Shown here: positions 42,701 to 54,700 of the stretch, piece by piece
Layout of the letters: each line of letters opens with the position of its first letter
Numbering within the stretch: position 1 is the first letter of the stretch
NCBI GenBank assembly: GCA_000708835.1
Contig: DF237394.1
Span: forward strand, 13,788-77,787
Reading direction: 5' to 3'
Length of the DNA stretch: 64,000 nucleotides
Source of the DNA: Klebsormidium nitens
Taxonomy: Eukaryota; Plantae; Klebsormidiophyceae
The notes under the pieces: generated by a model
The model's input: the letters and a program-made list of their open reading frames with translations, nothing else
What the model was told of the DNA's origin: nothing
The model's database searches: none
Made by a program: the position numbers and the translations under genes

Positions 42701-45700
42701 TGACCACGGGGGCCGTGCACTGCGCCCCGCCCTTATTGATTCTTATTGATCATTATGGGCTAGCCGGCGCCGCTTGTCACGCTACTCGATTGTCTCGCTT
42801 GGTTCGGATCGGTTCACATGGCACCTGAACAGCGGTTTGATAGGCCAGACTGCCCGGGTTTTCCGAGCATGCCGGGGCGGCTGGGCAGAGCCGGGTCCCT
42901 TTGCTGCTCACGCGGGTGGCCGTGTATGCACGCGCAGATTGGGCTGTCCGCGAGCACGATCGCGAGCAGTTTCGGCAAGGTGGTGTCACAGGACAAGGGC
43001 CTGGAGGACTACCGCCCCGAGGACATCGCGCTGTCGCTCGTGCGCATGGTCTCGTACAACATCGGACAGGTGAACTACGAATGGATATGCAGCCACGGAC
43101 ATGCCCGATCCGTCGAAACAGTCCGGATGAAGCAGCCCGCTCCTGAGCTTGCTTTGCCACTTGCTGTCCGCCACCTTCGTCCCTTGCTTCGGATCTATTT
43201 CCAGTTTGTTGCAAAAGGAAGACTTGCGACCAGCGTTATTTTTTGTCGCCCTGTCCCTAGACCGCCCACCGCGTGTGCTGCTCGTGTCCGCCTAGATCTC
43301 GGTGCTGAACGCGATGCGGTACGGCCTGAAGCGCATTTTCTTCGGCGGCTTCTTCATCCGCGGCCACGACATCACCATGGACATCATCGCCTTCGCCATC
43401 AACTTCTGGTGAGCGCCACTCTCGGGTGCATCCCTGTACATCTTCGCGCGCCGCAGCGCCTCGGCTGACGTTGCCAAGGCTGCGTGTCACGTGAGAGCAG
43501 CACATGCACAATGCAGATCCGACTCTGCGCCCTGCCACGAACTTCCGCGTGCTGTCGTCGCAGTGGCTCGGCCCTTTCCGCTGCAGGTCCAAGGGCGCGA
43601 TGCGCGCGATGTTTCTGCGGCACGAGGGGTTCCTGGGCGCGCTGGGCGCGTTCCTGAGCTACAACGACGAGGCGGGCCCGCTGCTGCAGGGCAGCACCAG
43701 CAGCCAGTTCGTGGAGCGCTTCCCCATGGGCGCGCCCTTCGCGGGCGGCGAGGTGCACGGGCCGCCCATCAAGGACCTCAACGAAAAGGTGAGGGTCAGT
43801 TCCCTAGCAACTCCGACTTCCGTCGGCTTTTTCTGGGCGGTCGCGCGAGATATGCGGCTGGAGGGCTGATACGCGCTCTGGGAGTAGGACGCTTCAGAAT
43901 ACAAGTGGTCCAAAAAGTGTCGGGATCATGGCAAGATTGTGAAGCCCAGCCGATGGGCAGGTGGAGAGGGTCTGCTGCAGATCGGTTTGCTATTGTGCCT
44001 TCTCTTCTTGTATGATACCGATCCGTGCGGCGGGCAGATCACGTGGATGGAGAAGTTCGTGCGCACGGGCAGCGGCATCACGGCGCCCACCCCAACGTCG
44101 CAGCCGCCACCCGACCTGGCGCGCACCGCGTCGGGGCCCAGCCTGCACGTCGGCGTCCTGCACCTCTACCCCTCGCTCGAGCCCTTCCCCCTCCTCGACG
44201 AACGCCAAGCGTGAGCGCTGCTGCCGAGAACCGCCCCAGGCACTGGCGCACTGCTTCAGCTGACCGCCATCGCCACCAAGCAGTCCGGACTGTTTCAAAC
44301 ACTCTGTTCAATCATGCAACTTCCTAGCGGGGCTCACGACGTCGGGCGTGCTGCCTAGATTGCCCCGAGATCTGACCCCAGGATAGGACTCTCCTCCGTC
44401 CTTGCCGGCAGCAGGCTGTCTGCTGACCCGCGCGCTGCTTGCCTATCCCCTGCAGTAGCTACGAGCCCAACACCTTTGACATGGCGGATCCCGAAGAACG
44501 AGAGTGAGCCCCGGCCACTGCGCACTTACATCACGTTGCACGTTCTTTGCGGTATTGTCGACGTCATGCTGACTGAGTCAAACCCTCCGGCGGTTGACCG
44601 CCCCTTCTCTAGCTCCGCAGACGAAAGGGCGGAGGCGCAGCAGAGCCCCATGCATGGCTGTACATGATTCTCGGTGTATGCGCGCACAGGTACTGGCTGC
44701 GCATCCTGGAGGCGCACATCCCTGGCGTAGTGGAGAAGGCCGTCGCCAGCGAGGGCAGCACCGACGACGCGCAGCGCCGCGGCCACGCCTTCGCGCTCGC
44801 CTTCCAGGCGCACCTCGCCAAGTCAGCGCCGCATCCTCTCCCTGCTCTTACGGCCGGGACTCAAGAGCCATTCAGCAAACGCGTCATGCGCTTGAACTTT
44901 CAAACGCACTTTCGTGCACCTAGACGATTACCCGCGTTCTCCTAGTTCGGCAGGGCTAGCTCGATTGGCTTGAGCCACTGTGTCGGGATCGGAGAGTTCC
45001 TCCCCTGCAACCCTTTGCGGCCTCCACTTGGCTGTGTACTGGTGCCAGATTTCGCCTTCCTAACGACGTGGCGGTTGTTGTGTGGCAGGCTGCGCGCGGA
45101 GCCTGCTGCGTACGGGCAGCTGGGGCTGGCCAACCTGCTGGACATGCGCGAGGACTGCCTGCGCGAGTTCAGCTTCCGCGACGCCTACCGCACCGTCAAG
45201 GAGAGGTCAGCCGCTGCACCACCTGCCCCGCCGCCGCCCGGCTCCTGAGCTGCAACAAGCGGATGCCGGGCTGGGTCGTATTCACTTGGAGGCGATGCCA
45301 GTGCCCACACAAATGCAGATTCTGGACTCTGCGCCTCGACTCAATGGCCGCCACCTTTGAATGTCTTGCTGGCCCCGTGCTTGCTGTGCCCGCTGCTTCT
45401 CACCCCCTGCCTGCGTGGCGCGGTGCAGGGAGAACGAGGCTTCTTTGGCGGTGCTGCCGGACCTGCTCGCCGAGCTGGACGCCATGACGCCCGTGAGCCC
45501 GCCGCCCTCGCACCGCACCCTGCCGCTGACTGCTCGGGCCCGCAATTTGTTTCAGGACCTGCCCACCGACCCAGCCCCGGCTGCTGCTTCCGGCGCGGGC
45601 GCTTACGCGGTGCTAATGTGGGTGTGGTGACCGCAGGACTTGCGGCTGACGGCTCTGGTGGAGGGCGTGCTGGCGGGCAACATCTTCGACTGGGGCAGCG

Positions 45701-47278
45701 CGGCGTGCGTGGAGCTGTACCAGAGCGGGACCATCCTGGACATCTACCGCATGAGCCGCAACAAGCTCAAGCGCCCATGGAAGGCGAGCCGCCGCGCCAA
45801 TTCGTCCCGTGCGGCACGATCGTGCTTCTCTTGCTGTCGAGCCGAGGAATTACTGTCAGTACTGTGGCATGGGTGCCGGCCTTGTTACCCCTTGCCCGCA
45901 GCTCTTAACGTTGTCGGTATCGCCTTCCGCAGGTCGATGACTTTGACGCGTTGAAGCAGCGCTTTCTAGGGGACGGCACGGGCCCCCGTGAGTAGCCCCA
46001 CCTTTACCCCCCCGCTTGCGGTAGCCAGGCTGCGCGTGACTTCTATTCTGCACAACTGTTTCATGCTATAAGCCTGGTGCTGCAGCTTGTTGCCGCTGAC
46101 CTTAATCCGCAGCATTTGGTCCATTGACAACATCGTCGCCGTTAGCTCTTTGCATGCTGCTCTTCTTCCCAATTGGAATCTCGTACGTCATGTTGTCGCA
46201 TCTCTCCTCTCAGCCCCCTCCTTTTGCCCACCTGTCTCTCACCCCGCCCCTCCCTGGCCCGCCCAGCGCCCCGGCCCCACGCGCGCGCGTTGCTGTTCGT
46301 GGACAACAGCGGTGCGGACGCGGTGCTGGGCATGATTCCGCTGGCGCGCGAGCTGCTGCGGCGCGGCACAGCCGTGGCCATGGTGGCCAACAGCCAGCCC
46401 GCCATCAACGACATCACGCAGCCCGAGCTGGAGCACGTCCTGGACGCCGCAGCGCAGGTCAGCAACCCACTGCCGCTGCGAATAGTATGTACGATGACAT
46501 AGCAAAGAGAGGGCAACAAACGCTGCCAGCGGGTTTGAAGCGATTCGCAAAGCCAGCACTATGAAGGCACGCAACAAAATAACAGTCCGGGGCATTGGTT
46601 CGTCACGCTGTTCCGTTGTGCTTTGCAGCACGATGAGCTCCTGCGGTCGGCGCTGGAGGCTGGGGCGGAAGCGAGGCGGGCCGCGGGCAATGCCGCGAGT
46701 GGCAGCGAGGGCGGGTCTGGCCCGGCACGGCTGTGGGTGGTGGGCAATGGGCACGGCAGTCCGTGCATCGACTTCCGGCGCGTGAGCGCGGAGCTGGCGG
46801 CGGCGGCGGAGGGGGCGGACCTGCTGGTGCTGGAGGGGATGGGCCGCGCGCTGCATACCAACTTCAACACGCGCTTCAAGTGCGAGGTCGTCAAGGTGAG
46901 GGCCGCTGCACCACAACCTGTGTGGCCCCACGAACGCTTCATCGCAAGAAGGGCGTTTTACCCTCAGTGCATGCACTGCTCGATTGATACCCAGCGGCTA
47001 AAGGGCAGAGGCGTGGACTTGTGTCATCATCTATAGTATTGCACAATGCTCGATGTTACATGGTTGGCATCACATAAGGGCTTCGAGGTCTTTCGCTGGT
47101 TGTGGCCACATATCTGCCACATATCTGGCAACCATACTGCACGCTCCTCATGGACCTTACAAAGAAGTTCCCTGTGCAGTTGGCAATGATCAAGAACCAG
47201 CGGTTGGCGGAGCGGCTGGTTGGAGGCAACATCTTTGATTGCGTCTGTAGATACGAAGTGCCTCCAGCGAGCCCCTAA
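39720..47278 (+). CDS. PANK2: Pantothenate kinase fused to DUF89/ARMT1-like phosphatase (plant PANK2 / PANK4 architecture)
   Basis: Multi-exon gene. Kinase part: HPSILLPNQ..SHFAIDIGGSLIKLVYFS, GGRLHFVKFET, ATGGGAFK, DEMECLVAG, LLVNIGSGVSM, ERVSGTNLGGGTFWGLG, VDMLVGDIYGG, IASSFGK, FLRHEGFLGALGAF. Phosphatase part: LAGNIFDWG, LLFVDNSGADAVLG, NSQPAINDIT, LEGMGRALHTN; last exon LAMIKNQRLAERL. Confidence 0.96.
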
Positions 47279-48567
47279 AAGTTGGCCAGGTCTCCTCAAG
47301 ATTCGATTGTTGTATATAGCGGCAAGCTAGCCTCAGCGAGCGCTCCTGGATCGAACAGCCGAGCCTCAATTCCAGAATCTTAAAGACGTATATGAACCAT
47401 GTTATATGATGGATAATTTCTTAACAGTCATATGATTGCATTTGACCTCCAAAAAAACCCGTTGCAACGCTCCGGGCGAACCATGTTGGTTTCTCGCCCA
47501 AGCGCGGCTTGCAGTTGATTCCTTTGCAGCTCGAAAATTTCAAAGGGAAAGTGTAGATACTGATCATAATGTCATCTCGCATGCAGAACCTGCACGTACT
47601 TGAGTCAAACCTCTCGAAGCATGTGGGGGAAAAGTGATACCCATGCAGGTTCCGGCCGCAGCAATGAATGCAGAAAGTTAATCATACTCGCGGTTCTCAC
47701 CATGGTAACGATACTTCCGATTTTGTCAATAATCGGCCTGGCGCAGGCGTAGATTCGAAAAGCACGTTATGCGTTGTTTTAAGTCCTCATGTCCATGTGC
47801 CCATAGGAGGCCAATTGGCATCAACGGGCTAATGAATCCAAGGTCGCCCACGTGGCTCTTCGGCCGGCAATAAGCGCTCTATAGCTGAAGTGCCTGGTCA
47901 AGATCTGATACGACGGCAAACCGCATTGCCAGCCTTGTCACGCTGACGGTTGCACAAGCCTAAGCCATCTCCGACCTCAGGTGGACGTCCTAATCAATGA
48001 ATTTTCGATCGACAAGCTGTTGATTAATCAAGCTTAAGTCGAGATGCGCACGTGCACGTGCACGAGACATTTAAATGCCGTGTACCATGCTCCGAACATG
48101 ATCAAACAGAGAGGAACAGCGCCATCCAATGTATACAATCCTGACTCTGATTGCAACTATCTGAAGGCCAAGGTTGATTCATGGCCGGCACCTCAAACAG
48201 TGTACTTCGGCCAGGTTGATCGCGCGGCCGCGTGCACTTAACCGGAGGGTTTTGGAGAACACAAATCCGTGCGGCCGCGAGCTTGAAAAGGAAGGTATCT
48301 TTACCCTGTGGATCCTGACTCAGGTCGCCGAATCTCGATGACCTGCCGATAGCTTCTGCGGAAGACAGAGCGACACGGCTTTGTTCAAAACCTGGGCGGC
48401 ACTTGGAGGCGCTTGCAGCACTGTGTGTTCCAATTGCGTTACCTTGTCACCTTATGAACAAAGACAAGCGCTCTCTGTTGGAGCTCGAAGGGCCCGCAAA
48501 AGTTTGAAGCAGTTGCAGGACGTTTTGAGGGGTTGTATCGATTTATAACCGCGGGCGCTGCCTGAGA

Positions 48568-49765
48568 ATGGCGTCTCGAGTCGCGCTGTTCTCCCTCACT
48601 CTCCTCGTCTCGCTCGCCGTGACCAGCTTAAGCTGCGTCGCGGGAGCCGCCCTGGTGCCGGGCCTGTCCCTGCATGACCCCGCCCTGGTGAACGCGTTCC
48701 TGCGAAGCACCAACCTGAGCAACCCCCAGGCTTCGCACCGGAAGCACGGCGGCCGCTCCAGGTGGTCCGGTGCGACTCGCAAACGGGCGCGGCCCCGCGT
48801 CCCAGCTGTACCAGGCGCAGGCACCCAACGCCTCGTGCGCCGGGTACCCGCCACCCAATGTCACCGCTGTGCGCCTAAACACGATGCAAGTTCGTCAAGT
48901 ACAAGGCTCTGACCCTCTTCGTCTTTGTCAGCCTGTTCCCGGGACCCCCGCTCTTCGCCGTTGGCTTCGTGTCGCTCTGCTGCCTTCCCCTTGCCCCCAA
49001 CATGAAGGACATCCTCATTGCGGAAGCCGAAGGGGACGCTGACGAGGAGCCGCACACGTCAAACCCCACTTCGCAATGCGAGGCCACGTCGGCACAGGAG
49101 GGGCCTCCCACCGGCTCGGCTCACGGTTTGGAGGTGGAGGCTGGCCCGTCTGGTAGTGCGCCTCCCCCTGGCGGCCCGCCTCTGTGGCACCAGGTGGGCG
49201 CCTGCTGCCTGCTGCTGGCGCAAGCTGCGGTCGGCACCCCGGCGGCCATGCCGCAGTTGGTCCCTGCCACCCACCTCGTGCGGCTCGGCCCGGTGGGTCT
49301 TCCGACCCCGCGGAGGGCCTCAACCAGTTTCTAGCTGGCAGAAACGCGAGCCTTGCTCTCACGCTGTGCGCCACGCCCAACATCACCTTCTATGTGGGCT
49401 TACCCAACAACTGCCCGCGGATGGGGGAGCCTTACGGGGTGCGCCTGCCCGTGATCTCGTTCCAGCGCCCAGAGTCGGCGTTCCTAATTTGGGTGGACAT
49501 GTGCATGGTCATGACGGGCAGTATGGCTATCTTTGGCGGCGGCGTCGGGGGTTGCCTCGCTCTGCTGCTCTGGTCGGGTGGGCCCTCTGCGGGCCTCCTC
49601 GCGAGAACCAAGACGGGTCCGGCTACTCTCGCACGCAGCGCGGCGACGAGGACCTGGAAACAGGCGCACCGCCGGGCCACAGCCAGGCATAGCGGCCAGC
49701 AGGGACAGGCCGCGCGCTCGTCATGGGTCGTCGAGGTGACTCTTCTGGAGACAAGCCAACGGTGA
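48568..49765 (+). pseudogene. Frameshifted secreted/membrane glycoprotein-like sequence
   Basis: Signal-peptide-like MASRVALFSLTLLVSLAVTSLSCVAG, N-glycosylation sequons (NLS, NAS, NVT, NAS, NIT) spread over different frames, and a C-terminal hydrophobic segment. No splice-compatible single frame was found. Confidence 0.4.
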
Positions 49766-51727
49766 TAGGCTGGGAGGAAAATGGGTTACTTGAGGCTGCG
49801 ACACCTTTGTATGTATTATAGAGATCGGGAAAGTGAAACAATGTGTGCTCCGGGGAGATTCCTACTCCGATCTGCTCCCCTGATCTGGGTTCGTGTTTAT
49901 TTAATCGACCTTTCACCTTTTCCGAAACTCAGCACAGAAAATTGAATTAGCCTACTCTTTGGTTTCGGAGACGCTTGTGTGTACCTACTGCACCTTGGAA
50001 GACGACTCGCTTTCGAAGGGGCAACCACCGGGACCGTCATCATGTTGTATCAAAAATCGATATAATTGCAGCATGACGGCAGCATCCAGTTATGCTCACA
50101 AGAACTAAAGCTGCATGCCTTTGGATCAAACCGGAACGATTGACTTTGATGCATTCAGTAGATGCCAGTGTGAGCCGGCTAGCGTACCTGCAACGTACAT
50201 GGTCCACAATTCAAACAACAACCATCGGTATAGCAACTGCTTGCGACGCCAGTGCTTATAGGGTTTTGAGCGGACTTCGAGCGCTAAATCTATTTCACAA
50301 TTGGATTAAGTCCCGTTTACGTGTGCATTTGTTCCGTGCCCTTACAAGAACATGAAGTGATCGACTTCGCAAGACGCACAATTGCTAATACCTTGGATCA
50401 TTAGAGACGGCCAACAAAGACAGTGGATTACAAAAGTTGTTGGGACTCGATTACTGCAGACCGTGTATATCCAATAATCATCTCGTCTGGGTGCTTTCAA
50501 TGTGATTAAGACTAGGTCCTCAATTGCAATTCCATATCTTTCGGCCAACACACTATAGATTGAAAGACATTCGTCCTGGAAGTCGTTCGACTTCAAAGAA
50601 TACGGCCTTCCAAGTTGTGACTATAATCCAATCTTTTCTGCTTGGACAGACCCCTCGGGATACGCATGGTCAAAAGGGGTTGTTGAAACTCATGGTAGGG
50701 AGTCGTAGTGTAGTTGAGGTACTCGTCATCGGGTCTTATCGTGTTGCCCGGCACCCATGCTCATCACTCATTGATGGCAATCATGCATCCTAAGAGGAAC
50801 ACCGAAGCGCCTCACAAGCGGCTTCCTTCTCTCCACAAACTTCTCTTAGAATGATGTATCACAATAGTGGTTTCCACCACAATATGTTTTTCGGGTCTCT
50901 CCCGTTCAACTAGGCTCACTAGCCTACTAGGCTCACTGGCCTAAGTCACACACTACTAGGCTCACTAGCCTAGCTGACAGTCACACTCAATCTTAGCCGT
51001 CGATATCCTCATCTACGGCTAACACTGACGGCCACTCTCAACCGCCTAACCTCCAAACCGCCTAACGGTTTAACCGTTCAACCGCCGTACACGCACGTCG
51101 GCGTTCACTAGTCCAAACCCTAACTCGGGCCGAACCCTAATCACAGTAATTCGGCTGACTATAATCACCGAATCTTAACACTCCCACTCGAACGAATTAC
51201 TCTAAGCCTCTAACTCGTCTAANNNNNNNNNNNNNNNNNNNNNNNNNNNNNNNNNNNNNNNNNNNNNNNNNNNNNNNNNNNNNNNNNNNNNNNNNNNNNN
51301 NNNNNNNNNNNNNNNNNNNNNNNNNNNNNNNNNNNNNNNNNNNNNNNNNNNNNNNNNNNNNNNNNNNNNNNNNNNNNNNNNNNNNNNNNNNNNNNNNNNN
51401 NNNNNNNNNNNNNNNNNNNNNNNNNNNNNNNNNNNNNNNNNNNNNNNNNNNNNNNNNNNNNNNNNNNNNNNNNNNNNNNNNNNNNNNNNNNNNNNNNNNN
51501 NNNNNNNNNNNNNNNNNNNNNNNNNNNNNNNNNNNNNNNNNNNNNNNNNNNNNNNNNNNNNNNNNNNNNNNNNNNNNNNNNNNNNNNNNNNNNNNNNNNN
51601 NNNNNNNNNNNNNNNNNNNNNNNNNNNNNNNNNNNNNNNNNNNNNNNNNNNNNNNNNNNNNNNNNNNNNNNNNNNNNNNNNNNNNNNNNNNNNNNNNNNN
51701 NNNNNNNNNNNNNNNNNNNNNNNNNNN

Positions 51728-52052
51728 TCCTGAGCTGAATCATGCGCGCATTGCTCCTCTTCTCAAAGTTGTCCTCCAACTTCTTCCACGCTTTCTCCAC
51801 AGTGGGTCCACCCTCAATCAACTTCACATAAGCATCTTCCGTGTGGATCAGCATCAGCCCCCTTGCTTGGCTTGACACTTTCTTTCCTTCCACGGACTCC
51901 GGCTCCTCCAATGCACACAGCCATCCCTTGTATGCAAGAAGCCCACGGAACTTGGCCTTCCATGTTGACCAGTTCTCACCACACAATTGCGGAACAGACA
52001 CTCTGTCTCCCGCCATCTCAACTACACTCTCCCTTAAGCACAAAGAAGCCAA
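51728..52052 (-). CDS. Copia gag N-terminal fragment
   Basis: VPQLCGENWSTWKAKFRGLLAYKGW...AWKKLEDNFEKRSNARMIQLR is typical of Copia gag (DUF4219/UBN2-like). The ORF runs into the N-gap. Confidence 0.85.
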
Positions 52053-52149
52053 ATCCTCCGCTTCTTTTTCTCACAGGCTCACCGGCGCACACGTTCAATT
52101 ATCGCCCTCCAGACGACCGGAATTGAAACCTTGCGCCCTCTTCACAACC

Positions 52150-52170
52150 AAGCGTTGTGGGCCCATAACC
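52150..52170 (-). promoter_or_regulatory. Primer-binding site complementary to the anticodon half of tRNA-iMet
   Basis: The element strand reads GGTTATGGGCCCA directly after the LTR. The + strand aagcgttgtgggcccataacc matches the recalled plant tRNA-iMet segment aagcgtggtgggcccataacc at 20/21. Confidence 0.85.
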
Positions 52171-53386
52171 TGTTGAAACTCATGGAAGGGGGTCGTAGCG
52201 TAGTTGAGGTACTCGTCATCGGGTCTTATCGTGTTGCCCGGCACCCATGCTCATCACTCATTGATGGCAGTTAAGAGGAACACCGAAGCGCCTCACAAGC
52301 GGCTTCCTTCTCTCCACAAACTTCTCTTAGAATGATGTATCACAATAGTGGTTTCCACCACAATATGTTTTTCGGGTCTCTCCCGTTCCACTAGGCTCAC
52401 TAGCCTACTAGGCTCACTGGTCTAAGTCACACACTACTAGGCTCACTAGCCTAGCTCACAGTCACACTCAATCTTAGCCTTCGATATCCTCATCTACGGC
52501 TAACACTGACGGCCACTCTCAACCGCCTAACCTCCAAACCGCCTAACGGTTTAACCGTTCAACCGCCGTACACGCACGTCGGCGTTCACTAGTCCAAACC
52601 CTAACTTGGGCCGAACCCTAATCACAGTAATTCGGCTGACTATAATCACCGAATCTTAACAGGGGTTGATAACATTTGCGCAATTGTGAGGAGCACCTCT
52701 CGGGTATGGTGTGTGCCTTACAATCATGATCAAAATCCCGTGTTAAAGAGTTCTATTGATGACATATACGGACGGATAGGCGCCCTAAACTTTTGTATAT
52801 TTTCGACGTGGAAAGTGTTTATCAAGCATCAAAGAACAATGGTTCAAATCAAGGCCAGACCGCGGGCTTGCATCAAATGTGCTCCGGTTGACCTCCATCC
52901 AAATGCAGAGTCCAGACCCTTGATATGCTGTGCAAACCAATGAGGTAACAGCATCATTAGTACCAACGTTCAGCACATTGCCCCATTGGGCCCAAGAATG
53001 TTCTCCTCTCACTCGATGGGTGAACGTAATAAAGCAACTAAAGCGACAATCCCAACATTGGAATGAACGACTACGGGCGCTCGACGACCGTGCACGCATT
53101 TACTATTTAGTGGCGGCTGCTGTCATGATGGCCATTATGACGTCACGTTGCATAATGTCTCATTGATCGAAATGAAATAGACTATGACAACTGACAGATC
53201 TGACCGTTCTGCACGTCTCTGGTGCTTCGAAACCTGGACTGGTCTACCTTTGAACCCGGTGGTTTTCAAAAAGGAGGTCGTAGGAGCAGGCGGCTCTGAC
53301 GGGTTTTTCCGACATCGCCTTAAGGTAAGAAAAAAAGGGCTCGCTTCGCGCAGGCAGCCTATCTGCACCCATACCATTCGAGTCTC

Positions 53387-53676
53387 TGTTNNNNNNNNNN
53401 NNNNNNNNNNNNNNNNNNNNNNNNNNNNNNNNNNNNNNNNNNNNNNNNNNNNNNNNNNNNNNNNNNNNNNNNNNNNNNNNNNNNNNNNNNNNNNNNNNNN
53501 NNNNNNNNNNNNNNNNNNNNNNNNNNNNNNNNNNNNNNNNCCTAATCTCCAAACCGCCTAACGGTTTAACCGTCCAACCGCCGTACACGCACGTCGGCGT
53601 TCACTAGTTCAAACCCTAACTCGGGCCGAACCCTAATCACAGTAATTCGGCTGACTATAATCACCGAATTATAACA
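53387..53676 (-). mobile_element. Solo LTR (or collapsed element) of the same Copia family
   Basis: tgtt start before the N-gap. The post-gap sequence matches the LTR end at 51045-51180. TSD GTCTC at 53382-53386 and 53677-53681. Confidence 0.85.
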
Positions 53677-53699
53677 GTCTCTATTCCTTCGTTTACACT

Positions 53700-54700
53700 C
53701 TTTGCATGAGTTCAGGCCGTCTTCGATGTCTTCGCAGAATGACCAAAGGGACCATTTCTGATCAGCTGACGAGCAAAATTCTCCCCAAGTAGTGAGCCCT
53801 GATCTTTTCGACTGTGCCTCAAGATTACAAGCGCACGGCTCCTAGTCTGGCCAAAGGGTTCCAACAAGGTAGGATAGTGCCCTCTCCAGAGGGAGTTGAC
53901 CTTCCAGATCAAGTTGGTGGGCCGCCTTCTCCATGACGGTGACATCGGACAATTGCCCTCCTGGGGGTAGCCTCTTTGCGAGGAAAGGGGGTCCAGCAGT
54001 GAGCGCTTGGTGGTCAACTTTGTTGTGTCACCAGCCCCGTAGATTTGCGGTGCCACAAATTTGATACTGTAAGTGCCCCTTCAACTCTTGGGTCAATTCC
54101 TGTTCCGTTTGCCAGATGGGATTCCGGGAGCGGCTGGTGGTCAGCTTCGTGGCCTCCCTCCCTCCTCCGGTATCAAGGCTTGCCCTGCGGACGTACAGAA
54201 AACTCGGACGGGTTGCCAGTCGGACACCCGGGCACTTGTCGAGTCCCCTCAGTTTGCGCGGATCGCCATCTTTGCGCAAACCCTTGAGAATGGAGAGCCC
54301 CGATATCGGCGCCATTCACAAAAACGTATCGGAAAGTGGGCGGAATGGTGAGAGGCAGCGGAATGGAGGGCAGGATCAGCGGCAGGGAGAGCAGGGGCAG
54401 CAAAACGGAAGGAAGAGGCCGCGGAATGGGGAGCGAGAGAAGCGGAACGGTGTTAAGGAGCAGCGAAACAGAGATCAGGCGGACAAAACCTATGGAATGT
54501 GGACAGTGAGACGCCTCCTCACGGAATGAATGCTGACTCTGAAGAGACCAGTAGGATTGGCCGTTCTCAGTAACGAAGAGAAGAGAGGGCGCAGTCGGAT
54601 TTGGATCGCAGGTTAGCGTGTCATTGAGCAGCAGTGCGGCCGCAGAATCCGAGGGCCTCGTTCTCGATTGCACTGCTTTCCCGGACGCCAGAGTACTGGT
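53700..54700 (+). pseudogene. Possible decayed retrotransposon gag-like relic
   Basis: Stop-interrupted reading AVSAWWSTLL...GFRERLVVSFVASLPPPVSR followed by a charged R/E/Q/N-rich tail. Resemblance to gag is impressionistic only. Confidence 0.25.

Larger units (their letters stand above)
50681..52661 (-). mobile_element. Short Ty1/Copia LTR retroelement with TSD (gag-only as assembled)
   Basis: LTRs 50681-51180 and 52171-52661 with tgtt...aaca ends, about 8 substitutions plus one indel apart. 5-bp TSD GGGGT at 50676-50680 and 52662-52666. PBS at 52158-52170, PPT-like gagtgggag next to 51180, and a gag ORF. Internal N-gap 51223-51727. Confidence 0.92.

Noticed and set aside
52150-52170. tRNA-iMet gene
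   Set aside because: Only ~21 nt match, directly abutting an LTR. It is a primer-binding site, not a cloverleaf.
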